In this document: piece after piece, positions 44,960 to 55,697 of the stretch
Numbering within the stretch: the stretch's first letter is position 1
Layout: every line of letters begins with the position of its first letter
DNA from: an uncultured Gammaproteobacteria bacterium
GTDB lineage: Bacteria; Patescibacteriota; Patescibacteriia; Magasanikbacterales; GWA2-37-8
Length of the DNA: 64,000 bases
Direction of reading: 5' to 3'
Assembly (NCBI GenBank): GCA_964355175.1
Contig: CAYHBZ010000001.1
Coordinates: 439,400 to 503,399 of the forward strand
Position numbers and translations under genes: made by a program
Notes under the pieces: generated by a model
Database searches by the model: none
What the model was told of the DNA's origin: nothing
The model's input: only the letters and a program-made list of their open reading frames with translations

Positions 44960-46498
44960 ATGGAAGAGTATAATCAATTATTGGAGAATTTTCAGCTACT
45001 AAAACAAAAGGTTTTAGAAAAAAGACCGGTATTAAAACAACTTCTCAAAAAGAAGGGCACCAAGAACATCCTGGAATACGCCAACCAATACGTGGATGTA
45101 AACTTAAACCCAACCATACCTAAAAGACAGATAGAATTTTTAGACATAATCAACCAAACCGTTGAGGAAAGATTTGGCAAAAAAATTGCCGATTCAGTTG
45201 TAAGACAATTAAAGAAATACTACTTTGTCTCTACTTCCGACCATACCGGACCAATCACCCACCCTTTCTTTGTAAATTCAAATTTACTAATAGCCGCTTC
45301 AATCTTACAGCACGAGGATCCTGACTTACAAAACATTGTTGTTTTAAGCTGTTCTCGCGTATCCGTAGACAACTCTTCCTTCCCGAGGGGTCTTTTTTTT
45401 CATAATTATTTAGATGGTAAATTAGAAACTCACCGTTTTGCTTTCTTTTCTAGCAATACTAGACCTCCTCTTATTTATACCATGCGCCCATATGGCCGAG
45501 AAGAATTGGATCAAATTTATGGCACTTTAGATAAAAAACTAAAGAAAAAAGAGATCTCTCAAGAACAATACGAAAAAATTCTAAACGTTTTTAAAGAAGT
45601 ATACGATAGCCCCGAGATGCTTAATTTATCAACCTATACCGAACAAATAAGCAAAACTAATTTTTTGCTATGGCAAAAATTCTTTTCGGAAAGTAATATT
45701 AAAATGCCAAATTTAATATACTTAGAAATTGAAGATATCGTTACTAAGCTTATTATCAAATATCATTTAAACCAGGACACTATCATCAATCATGTTTTAT
45801 TTGATCCAGAATATGAGCCTTATATAAACAACTATTTTGAAAATATTTTTGGATCTTTCTCTAGACAAGATGACGCGGGTACATATCTATTTTGGGCTCT
45901 ACCAGAAGGAGCCAGATACAACCTTCAATTATGGAGAGAGGGCAATTATTTAGTATCCAAAGATGGTAGTTATAAAATCGAGCTAACACCAGAAGCAATA
46001 AAGGAGGCCTTGCTTAAAAAGGAACTAATTCCTGGCTTATTGCTGGATTTCATGGTAGTTTCTTTTTATTATGGCTTAAAATGTTTAGGTGGATTTAACC
46101 AGATCAACTACCTAACACTAATGAAAAATAGCTATATTAAAATGAATGTTGATCTAGAAAACTATCGCAGTATTGAAATCTGCGCTCGCGCCCAAACTAA
46201 AGAAATCTGTGACGGCTTAACGGTAGCTTATGTTGGATATAATGGCGATAAACAAATGATACTTGCCAGCGGCTTGGATCTAATCCTATATCAAAATAAA
46301 GATAGTTGGAAAACTTTGATGAACCTGATCAATAATATTACTATTGAAAAAGCTCTCGAACCTTTATTGCCGGAAATTTATAAAATTACCTACGACCAAA
46401 AAGAGTGGGATGAAAAACTAACCAACATCACCGATAAAGACATCACCAATCTAAATGGTCTAAATCAAAAAATAGAACCATGTATTTTTATAAAATAA
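44960..46498 (+). CDS. Hypothetical protein of 512 aa
   Basis: Long ORF with native composition and no recognisable motifs. Confidence 0.4.
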   Translation: MEEYNQLLENFQLLKQKVLEKRPVLKQLLKKKGTKNILEYANQYVDVNLNPTIPKRQIEFLDIINQTVEERFGKKIADSVVRQLKKYYFVSTSDHTGPITHPFFVNSNLLIAASILQHEDPDLQNIVVLSCSRVSVDNSSFPRGLFFHNYLDGKLETHRFAFFSSNTRPPLIYTMRPYGREELDQIYGTLDKKLKKKEISQEQYEKILNVFKEVYDSPEMLNLSTYTEQISKTNFLLWQKFFSESNIKMPNLIYLEIEDIVTKLIIKYHLNQDTIINHVLFDPEYEPYINNYFENIFGSFSRQDDAGTYLFWALPEGARYNLQLWREGNYLVSKDGSYKIELTPEAIKEALLKKELIPGLLLDFMVVSFYYGLKCLGGFNQINYLTLMKNSYIKMNVDLENYRSIEICARAQTKEICDGLTVAYVGYNGDKQMILASGLDLILYQNKDSWKTLMNLINNITIEKALEPLLPEIYKITYDQKEWDEKLTNITDKDITNLNGLNQKIEPCIFIK

Positions 46499-46505
46499 TA
46501 ATCTT

Positions 46506-47834
46506 GTGAAAAAAGTTCTATTAATTGGAAGTAGCGCTTGTACGGTGGCCATTGGCCAAGTATACAAAAATAGTGGGGCTAAAATTTTTGTTTACGCCGA
46601 AATTTTGAATCCTGGCTTGGCAGATATTGCCCAAGACTACCAACTAGGAGCTTTTAAAGATTCTGAGAAATTAAAAAGATTCGCCAACAAAATAAAACCG
46701 GATTTTGCTTTTATAGGCCCACCAAAGGCACTTTTTTGTGGTGTGGTGGATGCTTTAAAAAAAATAAATATACCCTCAATCGGACCAACTCAAAAAAATT
46801 CTAAACTGGAATCATCCAAATCTTTTACTCGCAAACTTTTAAATAAGTATAAAGTGCCGGGTAGTATAAAATATAAAATTTTTACTTCTCCTAAAGGAAT
46901 TGAGAAATTTGTCGATAGACTCGGAGGAAACTTTGTGGTCAAGGCCGACGGACCAATGTCAGTAATGGGTGTTCAGGTTTCAGGTGACCATTTTAAAAAA
47001 AATTTTCAAGGTATAGCTTTCGCCAAAAAATGTATTAAATTGCACGGACGAGTTGTTATTGAAGAAAAATTGATTGGCGAAGAATTTAGCTTGATGAGTT
47101 TTTGTGATGGCAAATCCTTATCTCATATGCCGGCCGTCCAAGATTTTAAACGCGCTCTAATAAACGACAAGGGTCAAAATACCGGCGGAATGGGAGCTTA
47201 TACAGACAGAAATCATCTTTTGCCTTTTATAAGCAAAGAGGATTATCTACGGGCTGGCGAAATAAATAATTTAGCTATTCAAGCTCTACAAAAAGAAACT
47301 GGCATAAAATATAAAGGTGTTATATTTGGTGGTTTTATGATAACTGCAAAAGGCTTAAAGGTTTTAGAATTTAATGTACGCACAGGGGATCCAGAGGGCA
47401 TCGTAGCTTTCTCACTTTTAAAAACAAATTTAGTAGATATTTCCAACGCCATAATTGCTGGCAGACTCGGTCAATTGAATATAAAATTTGAAAATAAGGC
47501 TGGAGTTTGTAAATATGTTGTACCAAAAGGTTACCCTGAAAAAGGGCAAAAAAATAAAAAGATAAAAATCATGTCTCTGCCCAAAGGCGCTACACCATTT
47601 ACTGCTTGGGTCAAAAAAACCGACTCTGGTTTAGTTATAAATGGAGACACTGATATCGGCAGATCTATAGCCATCTTTGCCAAAGGTAAAACTTTAAAAG
47701 AGGCAGAAAATATATCTGAAGCTGGATGTAGACAAATCAAAGGCCCACTTTATCATCGTAGCGATATTGCAAAAACCGATATAATAAATAAAAAAATTAT
47801 TAGAATGAAAAAAATAAAAAATAAAGCCTTGTAA
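46506..47834 (+). CDS. purD: Phosphoribosylamine--glycine ligase-like ATP-grasp enzyme
   Basis: ATP-grasp core VVKADGPMSVMGVQV...NTGGMGAYT matches PurD NTGGMGAYSP. GTG start. Confidence 0.7.
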   Translation: MKKVLLIGSSACTVAIGQVYKNSGAKIFVYAEILNPGLADIAQDYQLGAFKDSEKLKRFANKIKPDFAFIGPPKALFCGVVDALKKINIPSIGPTQKNSKLESSKSFTRKLLNKYKVPGSIKYKIFTSPKGIEKFVDRLGGNFVVKADGPMSVMGVQVSGDHFKKNFQGIAFAKKCIKLHGRVVIEEKLIGEEFSLMSFCDGKSLSHMPAVQDFKRALINDKGQNTGGMGAYTDRNHLLPFISKEDYLRAGEINNLAIQALQKETGIKYKGVIFGGFMITAKGLKVLEFNVRTGDPEGIVAFSLLKTNLVDISNAIIAGRLGQLNIKFENKAGVCKYVVPKGYPEKGQKNKKIKIMSLPKGATPFTAWVKKTDSGLVINGDTDIGRSIAIFAKGKTLKEAENISEAGCRQIKGPLYHRSDIAKTDIINKKIIRMKKIKNKAL

Positions 47835-47850
47835 GGCTTTATTTTTTATT
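47822..47850. terminator. Bidirectional terminator between purD and ileS
   Basis: AAAGCCTT-gta-AGGCTTT followed by TTTTTT. Confidence 0.5.
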
Positions 47851-47853
47851 AAT

Positions 47854-50754
47854 CTATTTTTTTACTAACCAGACATTAAATATTTGTTCATCAACTAATT
47901 TACTTTCTTCAAAAATTAAAGCCGTGGCTAAAACTGACTTTTGAATTTCATCAGCACAATCTCTGAAAGCGGAAAGCACTGAAATGTCTGAAGAAAAATA
48001 CTTAACTTCCACCTCATCATTGATAGTCAACCCCTGTTCCTTGCGCATCTGATTGATAGTACGAATAATTTCACGCGCCAAACCTTCTTTTTTCAGCTGT
48101 TCGTCCACCACAGTATTGAGCCATACCTTATTTTTACCATCTTCTTTGGCCACCCATCCCCCATCTACTACCGCTTCGGCATAGCCTACTTTTTTTACAT
48201 TGAGTTCATCAGCCATCATTTCCAGAAGCTGAGCAGAAAAATGTTCATAGTTCATTCTCAGCTCGGCAAGCGGCTGGCGCACTTTTAATTTGTTTTCATT
48301 GCGCAAAGCTAGACCCATTTCTACAAATTGTCGGGCTTTGTCCATATGCTCAAGCACGGTGCTGTGATATTTTTCTTCTTTATAGTCTGGCCATATTTCC
48401 AAATGCACACTTTCCAATTTTCCACCCAATTGCAAATAGATTTTCTCCGCAATAAAAGGAGTAAATGGCGCCATCACTTTACTCAAAGTCAATAAAACCA
48501 TTTTCAAAGTAGCCGAAGCTTTGGCTTTATCTTCCGCGTCACTACCTTTGAAACGATCGCGACTGCGACGCACATACCATTGAGATAATTCAGTAATAAA
48601 TTCTACTATCGGTCGGCTGGCGCTAGCTAGATGATATTCTTCCATCCCCACAGTCACCGCTTTCACCAGTTCATTTAGCTTGGCCAAAACCCATTGATCA
48701 AGCACGTGGTCAGAAACCAAATTTTCCGTATTAGCCACCGGATACATTTGATAAAATTCCACTACATTCCAGAGAGTGTTTACCACTTTATTGTACATTT
48801 CACGCACACCGGTTTCAGAGAAATTCAATGCTTCTGATTCCATTACCGGTGAAGTGATCAGATAATAACGCATCGCATCCGCGCCGTATTTTTCGAGTAA
48901 TATATCCGGCTCTGGATAATTTTTCAGACGCTTACTCATTTTTTTACCATCTTCAGCTAGCACGATACCATTTACAATTACATTACGAAAAGCCGGCACA
49001 CTGGCTTCTTTTGGTATGGACGGTTTATCACCCAGAGTAAGGGCGGCGGCCAAAATATGCAAAGTATAAAACCAACCGCGAGTTTGATCTTGGCCTTCAG
49101 CAATAAATTCCGCTGGGAATCCAGCTTCAAATTTATTTTTATTTTCAAAAGGATAATGCATCTGACCGTAAGGCATCGAGCCGGATTCAAACCAACAATC
49201 CAAAACTTCCGGCACACGGTGATAAACCTTGCCATCTTTTTTTATTTCTATTTTATCGATAACATGTTTGTGCAGATCGCTTACTTTTACACCTGATAAT
49301 TCTTCAAGCTCCGCCACACTGCCTACACAGATAGTGTTTTCACCATCCTCGCTCTCCCATACCGGCAAAGGGTCGCCCCAATAGCGATTGCGTGATACCG
49401 CCCAATCGCGCGCGCCTTCAAGCCACAGACCAAAACGACCGTCTTTAATATGTTCTGGCACCCAATTTATCTGCTGATTATTTTTTAGTAACTGTTCTTT
49501 TATTTCCGTTACTTTTACAAACCAACTATTGGTGGCAAAACTCAAAAGCGGAGTATCACAACGCCAACAATGCGGATAACTATGTTCTACTTTCAATTTA
49601 GAAAACAAACTACCGTTGGCTGCCAGCCATTTGATAATCTCCACATCCGTAGCCGTTGGTTCGGTAGCTGGTTTCACTTCGTGGCCAGCAAAATCTTCCA
49701 CTTCTTCTATAAAGCGACCGTCCATAGTAATATGTTGAACCAATGGTACGCCTTCACGTTTAGCCACCTGATAATCTTCATCACCAAAGGCGGGAGCAAT
49801 ATGCACAACACCAGTACCTTCGGTAATAGTAACAAAATCCGCTTCTACTACCCGGAAAGAATTTGGATTGTTTTTGAAATATGAAAATAGCGGTGCATAA
49901 GTTAGGGCAACCAAATCTCCGCCTTTTAATTCTTTAATAATACTAAAATTTTTATCTTTCAAAACTGTTTCCACTCTGTCTTTGGCTAATATAAAATTTT
50001 CATTTTCTATTCTAGCCACCACATAATCCAATTCTTTATTTACAGCCAGCAAAACATTACCCGGCAAAGTCCAAGGTGTAGTGGTCCAAGCCAACACAAA
50101 CACATCACTATCTAGACCTAATTTTTCTTTAGCATTGGTTAATTTAAATTTAGCAGTCACTGTAAGATCCTTCACATCCTTATATCCCTGGGTCACTTCA
50201 AAGTTTGAAAGCGGAGTCACACAACGAGTACAGACATGCATTACTTTATGACCTTTGTAGAGCAAATCTTTTTTATATAATTCCTTGAACACCCACCACA
50301 CACTCTCCATGTATGACAAATCCATGGTTTTGTAATCATTTTCCATGTCCACCCAGCGACCCATGCGACGCACGGTCTTTTTCCACTCCTGCGCATATTT
50401 CAATACGGTAGCGCGACAGGCTTCATTAAATTTATCCACCCCAAACGCCTCAATATCTTTTTTACTATTGAGATTTAATTCTTTTTCAATAATATTTTCT
50501 ACTGGCAGACCATGACAGTCCCAACCCCATTTTCTATCTACGCGAAAACCGCGCATCGTCCAGTATCGCGGCACCGTATCTTTCATAAGCGAGGCCACGA
50601 TATGGCCATAATGTGGCAAGCCGGTAGCAAAAGGAGGGCCATCATAAAAAACATACGGCTTTTTCTCGTCACGCTGTGATATCGATTTTTCAAAAACTTT
50701 TTTATCGTCCCAATACTTGAGAATTTCTTGTTCGTTTTGTTCTGAATTATACAT
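47854..50754 (-). CDS. ileS: Isoleucyl-tRNA synthetase
   Basis: PPFATGLPHYGH (HIGH) and KMSKRLKNYP (KMSKS) motifs. 966 aa. Confidence 0.95.
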   Translation of the reverse strand: MYNSEQNEQEILKYWDDKKVFEKSISQRDEKKPYVFYDGPPFATGLPHYGHIVASLMKDTVPRYWTMRGFRVDRKWGWDCHGLPVENIIEKELNLNSKKDIEAFGVDKFNEACRATVLKYAQEWKKTVRRMGRWVDMENDYKTMDLSYMESVWWVFKELYKKDLLYKGHKVMHVCTRCVTPLSNFEVTQGYKDVKDLTVTAKFKLTNAKEKLGLDSDVFVLAWTTTPWTLPGNVLLAVNKELDYVVARIENENFILAKDRVETVLKDKNFSIIKELKGGDLVALTYAPLFSYFKNNPNSFRVVEADFVTITEGTGVVHIAPAFGDEDYQVAKREGVPLVQHITMDGRFIEEVEDFAGHEVKPATEPTATDVEIIKWLAANGSLFSKLKVEHSYPHCWRCDTPLLSFATNSWFVKVTEIKEQLLKNNQQINWVPEHIKDGRFGLWLEGARDWAVSRNRYWGDPLPVWESEDGENTICVGSVAELEELSGVKVSDLHKHVIDKIEIKKDGKVYHRVPEVLDCWFESGSMPYGQMHYPFENKNKFEAGFPAEFIAEGQDQTRGWFYTLHILAAALTLGDKPSIPKEASVPAFRNVIVNGIVLAEDGKKMSKRLKNYPEPDILLEKYGADAMRYYLITSPVMESEALNFSETGVREMYNKVVNTLWNVVEFYQMYPVANTENLVSDHVLDQWVLAKLNELVKAVTVGMEEYHLASASRPIVEFITELSQWYVRRSRDRFKGSDAEDKAKASATLKMVLLTLSKVMAPFTPFIAEKIYLQLGGKLESVHLEIWPDYKEEKYHSTVLEHMDKARQFVEMGLALRNENKLKVRQPLAELRMNYEHFSAQLLEMMADELNVKKVGYAEAVVDGGWVAKEDGKNKVWLNTVVDEQLKKEGLAREIIRTINQMRKEQGLTINDEVEVKYFSSDISVLSAFRDCADEIQKSVLATALIFEESKLVDEQIFNVWLVKK

Positions 50755-50940
50755 AACAAAGATTTAATAAAAAAAACACGAAAAATATTCGTGCCAAGAG
50801 CCCCGACGAAGTCGAGACGGTACCATCTTGAGCTTTTACTTAATTAAGGCGATAACGGGCCTGCCCGGAAAGGTCTACTTTTCTCTAAATTAGCGAATTT
50901 CTACTTTCAGCTCCCCGCTGATGACGGGTAAAATGCTTTA
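50755..50940 (-). promoter_or_regulatory. T-box-like leader of ileS with terminator
   Basis: Minus-strand leader contains AGAGA, then CAAGAUGGUACCGUCUCG (T-box core UGGUACCG), then terminator CACGAA-uauuuu-UUCGUG plus U7 ending about 12 nt before the ATG. Candidate promoter TTGACA-17-TAAGGT at about 50948-50976. Confidence 0.4.
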
Positions 50941-50985
50941 TGCCTTAACCTTAACAAAACCTAGCCTTTTTGTCAATTTTAATGT

Positions 50986-51015
50986 TTGCCAAGGCTAGCA
51001 AAAAAATGCTATAAT
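50986..51015 (+). promoter_or_regulatory. rpiB promoter
   Basis: TTGCCA-18-TATAAT. Confidence 0.45.
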
Positions 51016-51038
51016 TAAAGCACTAAAACCCATAAAAT

Positions 51039-51482
51039 ATGCTATACATCGGCTCGGACCACCGTGGCTATCAACTCAAAAAAAAGCTATCTACTTATAT
51101 CCAAACTCAACTTCGAAAGAAATTGGTAGATGTTGGCCCAAAAAAATACGACAAGGAAGATGATTTTACCAAATATTCTATCGCTCTTACCAAAAAGGTG
51201 GTCGCTAATAAATCCAACAAAGGAATTTTGCTCTGCGGCACCGCGCACGGTGTCTGCATGGTTGCTAACAAAATAAAAGGCGGGCGGGCGGTCGTAGGCT
51301 ACAGTATTGAAGGCGCTGAATTCGGACGCAAACATGAAGACGCGAATATTCTATGTTTGGCAGCTGACTATTTATCCTTTGAACATGCCAAAGCAATAGT
51401 AAAAAAATTCTTAGGAACTGATTTTGAAGCGCTCGACAGAAGAGTCCGCCGTATGGAAGTGATTTCCGATTTAGAAAAATAA
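51039..51482 (+). CDS. rpiB: Ribose-5-phosphate isomerase B
   Basis: RpiB/LacAB family (LLCGTAHGVCMVANK). Confidence 0.85.
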   Translation: MLYIGSDHRGYQLKKKLSTYIQTQLRKKLVDVGPKKYDKEDDFTKYSIALTKKVVANKSNKGILLCGTAHGVCMVANKIKGGRAVVGYSIEGAEFGRKHEDANILCLAADYLSFEHAKAIVKKFLGTDFEALDRRVRRMEVISDLEK

Positions 51483-51488
51483 AATAAT

Positions 51489-52127
51489 ATGATCATTCCC
51501 GCCATCTTGGTCAAAACTTTTGCCGAGTTTGAAGAACAGGCCAAAAAACTGTCCTTTTCTCCGATTATTCAGATTGATGTCATGGATGGAAAATTCGTTG
51601 CCAATAAATCTTTTGAAGATGCTGAAAAAATAAACGGCCTTAATCTCAAAAATGAATGGGAGCTACACCTAATGGTAGAACATCCTATCGCCGAATTGGA
51701 AAAATGGAAAAATGTAAAAAATATTTTACGCGTGATCTTTCATCTGGAATGCGCGGACAACACCGAACAAACAATTGAAACTATTAAAAAATACGGTTTT
51801 GAGGCGGGTATCGCCATCAATCCCGAAACCGACGTACAAAAAATTCATCCTTTTTTAAAAGATATTGAAATCGTGCTTTTCATGACTGTCCATCCTGGCA
51901 TGCAAGGGGCGCCGTTTGTGCCAACTGTAGAAAAACATGTTAAAAAATTAAATAAAATTTTGGCGGAAAGAAATTTCAGACCACAAATCGCGGTGGACGG
52001 GGCAATAAAACTAGAGAATATTGAAAGAGTGAAAAAATGGGGCGTAAATAATTTTTGCGTCGGTAGCGCTATCATCGGCTCGCCAGATCCGAAAGAAGCA
52101 TTTAATCAGTTAAACAACTTAATCTAG
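51489..52127 (+). CDS. rpe: Ribulose-phosphate 3-epimerase
   Basis: IQIDVMDGKFV and TVHPG motifs. Confidence 0.85.
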   Translation: MIIPAILVKTFAEFEEQAKKLSFSPIIQIDVMDGKFVANKSFEDAEKINGLNLKNEWELHLMVEHPIAELEKWKNVKNILRVIFHLECADNTEQTIETIKKYGFEAGIAINPETDVQKIHPFLKDIEIVLFMTVHPGMQGAPFVPTVEKHVKKLNKILAERNFRPQIAVDGAIKLENIERVKKWGVNNFCVGSAIIGSPDPKEAFNQLNNLI

Positions 52128-52129
52128 GT

Positions 52130-53068
52130 ATGTTCGATCTAATCATCATCGGGGGATCAGCGGCGGGAAGCAGTGCGGCCATCTATGCCGCCAGACGTAA
52201 TCTAAAATTTAAAATTGTTACCGTGGATGTCGGCGGTGAAGTAGCGTTATCAGGCGTGGTAAATAATTGGCCTGGTATTATTGAAATTCAAGGATATGAA
52301 TTGGCCAAAAAATTTAACGAGCATGTAAAATCCTACGGTGTGGAAATTGATATGGGATATAAAGTAGAAAAAATTACCTCCGAAAAAAATTATCATACCG
52401 TGGTGGCCAAAGACGGCTCCGGCATGGAAAAAGAATACCAGACCAAGACCATAATTATTGCCACCGGCATTCATCCGCGCCAATTGGGAGTACCGGGAGA
52501 AAAAGAATTCTCTCAAAAAGGCGTCACCTACTGCACGGTCTGCGACGGGCCATTGTTTAAAAATAAAATTACCACTACGGTCGGATCCGGCAACTCCGCC
52601 TTGGAGTCCGCTATTATGATGGCCGGCATTGCCAAAAAAGTTTACTTACTTAGCAAATTTTCCAACACTCAAGAAAATAATTTTGGTTTTCCTAAAGGGG
52701 AAAATATATTAATTGATAAACTTAAAACTTTCCCTAATGTAGAAATAATTTATAATGCGGCGACCACTGAAATTTTGGGTGAAAAATCCGTGACTGGCCT
52801 AAAATATATCACTGAGGGCGTAGAAAAAACTACCGAAACTCAAGGCATAATGATACACATCGGCCAAATTCCAAATTCTCAATTTATCGACAGTGTGAAA
52901 AAAAATAAAGTGAATGAAATTATGGTAGATTCCAAATGCCAAACCAACATACCGGGTATTTTCGCCGCCGGCGATGTCACAGATGTTGCTTACAAACAAA
53001 TTGGTATATCTGCCGGACAGGGTATTACCGCTGCTTTGGCGGCCATTGAATATATTAACAGAAATTAA
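52130..53068 (+). CDS. trxB: Thioredoxin-disulfide reductase
   Basis: FAD site IIGGSAAGSSAAIYAARR. Redox CTVCDG. Confidence 0.85.
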   Translation: MFDLIIIGGSAAGSSAAIYAARRNLKFKIVTVDVGGEVALSGVVNNWPGIIEIQGYELAKKFNEHVKSYGVEIDMGYKVEKITSEKNYHTVVAKDGSGMEKEYQTKTIIIATGIHPRQLGVPGEKEFSQKGVTYCTVCDGPLFKNKITTTVGSGNSALESAIMMAGIAKKVYLLSKFSNTQENNFGFPKGENILIDKLKTFPNVEIIYNAATTEILGEKSVTGLKYITEGVEKTTETQGIMIHIGQIPNSQFIDSVKKNKVNEIMVDSKCQTNIPGIFAAGDVTDVAYKQIGISAGQGITAALAAIEYINRN

Positions 53069-53076
53069 TAAAAAAT

Positions 53077-53688
53077 ATGAACCCAGACAAAAGAGGTGAA
53101 ATGCCTAGCGGTAAACAAAACTGTGAAAATCTAAAATTAGCCTTAAAGGGCGAGGAAATGGATTCTGACCATATCAATCATATCAAAGTAAATTTGGATT
53201 TACTAAATAAAGAAATTACTAGAGTAAAAGGTGATATTGCTAAGTTGGGTATCAGCCTGGATGATTTAAAATATATTGACCGAAAACTCACGACTAAAGC
53301 TACAAATTTGGGGGCTGATTTCCCAGCTGAACAGGTGGGAGCTTTTCAGGAAATCCTCAAACAGGCTGAGCAAGCGCCGGCTCCGGAAAAACTAGCCGAA
53401 GTAATCGATTTGGATGCGGTCAGGACAAGAAAAGAATTACAGAAAAAAGAAGCCACAAGTAAAGAACAAAGTTTGGTGAAATTAGTGGCAATCAAATTAA
53501 AAAATGATCTGGATTTTAATACCATGGATGCTAAATTTATCGAAACAAAAAAACAGGAACGCGGCTATCCACAAAATATATCTGAAAAACCATTAAACAC
53601 CGACGAATCCAATCGTTTATTTGACGAAGTAGAAGCGAAATTAAGAAAGTTTAAAGCGGAACAAAAACAGACAGGACAGGCCGCATAA
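53077..53688 (+). CDS. Hypothetical coiled-coil protein
   Basis: 203-aa ORF with native composition. Confidence 0.35.
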   Translation: MNPDKRGEMPSGKQNCENLKLALKGEEMDSDHINHIKVNLDLLNKEITRVKGDIAKLGISLDDLKYIDRKLTTKATNLGADFPAEQVGAFQEILKQAEQAPAPEKLAEVIDLDAVRTRKELQKKEATSKEQSLVKLVAIKLKNDLDFNTMDAKFIETKKQERGYPQNISEKPLNTDESNRLFDEVEAKLRKFKAEQKQTGQAA

Positions 53689-53723
53689 ATTTATCAACTT
53701 AATATTTTTTATTAATTAATTAT

Positions 53724-54035
53724 ATGAACTTTCTTTTCAAAATGTTCCCTGGCCTGCCTATGGACCCCACGGTAATTGTGATGAACATTATCGCTATGGC
53801 CGGTGCCACTTTGCATATTTATGGAGTTTTTTTGGAAACAGAAAAGCGTCGCGACTTGGTATTTATTTTAGGCGGTGTTTGTCTATTTATTTACGCGCTC
53901 TGGATTAACAATAAAATTTTTATGCTGGCCATGGCTGGTTTTACCATCGGTAGCTTAATTGAATTTATTGAAATTATGGCTGGCTACCACAAACATAGCC
54001 AATCTCAAGTAGAAGATTACGAAAAAAATAAATAA
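53724..54035 (+). CDS. Hypothetical small membrane protein
   Basis: 103 aa with 3 hydrophobic helices. Confidence 0.3.
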   Translation: MNFLFKMFPGLPMDPTVIVMNIIAMAGATLHIYGVFLETEKRRDLVFILGGVCLFIYALWINNKIFMLAMAGFTIGSLIEFIEIMAGYHKHSQSQVEDYEKNK

Positions 54036-54036
54036 T

Positions 54037-55014
54037 ATGAATCACATTGTCGCTATTGGTGATTTGGTTATAGATACTCATGTCAAAATTGATGATGCCT
54101 CGATAGAGTGTAATTTAGATGGTCATAATTGTAAACTTTGTCTGGACTACGCCGCCAAAGTACCAGTCACAGACAGCTTTCAAACTGTCGGTGGCAACGC
54201 CGCCAATCTAGCACTTGGTACCAACAAACTTGGTATCAACACCGCCATCATCAGCACTATCGGCGATGATTCCAACGGAAAAATCATCAATGCCGAATTG
54301 AAAAAAAATAAAATAAATACTGCGGCAATTATTAAAGATAAAAAAGAAAAAACTCGCTATTCAATTGTTTTGAATTTCAAAGGCGAACGCACCATTTTAT
54401 CTTATCACAACAAAAAGAAATACCACTGGCCAAAAAAGATGCCAAAATCTGACTGGATATACTACACCAGTATGAGCGATGGATTTGCTCCCCTGCAAAA
54501 AAATCTAATCAAATTTTTAAAACAAAATAAAAATATAAAATTGGCTTTTAATCCCGGCAGTTTCCAATTGAATCACAGCCTCAATCTATGCAAAGAAATA
54601 CTGCCTTTGACAGATTTATTAATTGTAAATTTGGAAGAGGCAAAAATAATTAGTGGGGTGAACCTGAACCAGTCTGCCAAGACTTTGGTTGGAGCGCTAC
54701 TAGGAATGGGTGTGAAAGAAGTAGTAATCACCGACGGTGCTCGCGGCGCCTTTGCCGGCAATGCCGACGGTATCTGGGAAATGACCCCCTACAATGTACC
54801 AATAGTATCCAAAACCGGTGCTGGAGATTCCTTCTCCGCCGGATTTATCTCTGCCAAAATATTTGGCCATGACCTACCCACCTGCTTAATCTGGGGCACA
54901 GCCAACAGCTGCTCAGTCCTAGGCCACTTCGGCGTAGAGCAAGGACAGCTAAACCAAAAAGGAATTAAAAAAATGATAGAAAAATATAAAGCAGTTCAAC
55001 CCGTCAGATTATAA
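54037..55014 (+). CDS. PfkB-family carbohydrate/nucleoside kinase
   Basis: Ribokinase-like signature TGAGDSFSAGFI near the C-terminus. Confidence 0.7.
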   Translation: MNHIVAIGDLVIDTHVKIDDASIECNLDGHNCKLCLDYAAKVPVTDSFQTVGGNAANLALGTNKLGINTAIISTIGDDSNGKIINAELKKNKINTAAIIKDKKEKTRYSIVLNFKGERTILSYHNKKKYHWPKKMPKSDWIYYTSMSDGFAPLQKNLIKFLKQNKNIKLAFNPGSFQLNHSLNLCKEILPLTDLLIVNLEEAKIISGVNLNQSAKTLVGALLGMGVKEVVITDGARGAFAGNADGIWEMTPYNVPIVSKTGAGDSFSAGFISAKIFGHDLPTCLIWGTANSCSVLGHFGVEQGQLNQKGIKKMIEKYKAVQPVRL

Positions 55015-55036
55015 ATTTAAATAAAATAAAAAAATT

Positions 55037-55066
55037 TACCGCTATCAGGTAAATTTTTTTGTTTTA
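55037..55066. terminator. Bidirectional terminator
   Basis: AAATTTACC-gctatca-GGTAAATTT flanked by A and T runs. Confidence 0.55.
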
Positions 55067-55073
55067 TTTAAAT

Positions 55074-55697
55074 TTATAATCCCGCTGTCTTAATCTTCAC
55101 CCATTTATTAATACTCAAATGCCAATCCGCCGCATCACAGGTCTGCAATAAATCCCATAGTTCTTTTGCGGAATTAGTATAGAGTTTTTCCTCACGAATC
55201 ATCTGTCTAAATTTAGCCCATTTTTTTGGCAACTGCGATCCCCTTTCTTCAAATTCTTTTAATTCTAAATCTACATCCAAATTATCTGCGTCTTTGACAA
55301 TCTTGGCTTCAATAGAATCACGATCTTCATAATTACAAAAAGTTTTATAAAAATCGTCGACTACAGTTCCTTCAAATATTTCTTTACACGCCACCTCTTC
55401 ATCGCCTTGGGCATACACCTTTTGGACATAGCTCAAATCGGACACCCTAGTTTCTGGTAGATCATGAACCAACGCCATCTTCATCACCTTTTCTTCATCC
55501 TTTACACCCTCGGCCCTGGCCAAAATAAGGGAAATCCAAATCACGCGATACGAATGTTCTAGCACCGTAAAACAATCCATGCCCAAATGTTGTCTCCAGC
55601 CGCGCTGGATATTGTGCATCGATCCCATTTCAAACAATAATTCCACATCTTTTTTGGAAATAGCCATATTATTCTTCGGTATAAAAATCAATTTCAA
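55074..55697 (-). CDS. HD-domain phosphohydrolase
   Basis: HD motif (VHDLPETRVSD). 207 aa. Confidence 0.65.
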   Translation of the reverse strand: MKLIFIPKNNMAISKKDVELLFEMGSMHNIQRGWRQHLGMDCFTVLEHSYRVIWISLILARAEGVKDEEKVMKMALVHDLPETRVSDLSYVQKVYAQGDEEVACKEIFEGTVVDDFYKTFCNYEDRDSIEAKIVKDADNLDVDLELKEFEERGSQLPKKWAKFRQMIREEKLYTNSAKELWDLLQTCDAADWHLSINKWVKIKTAGL

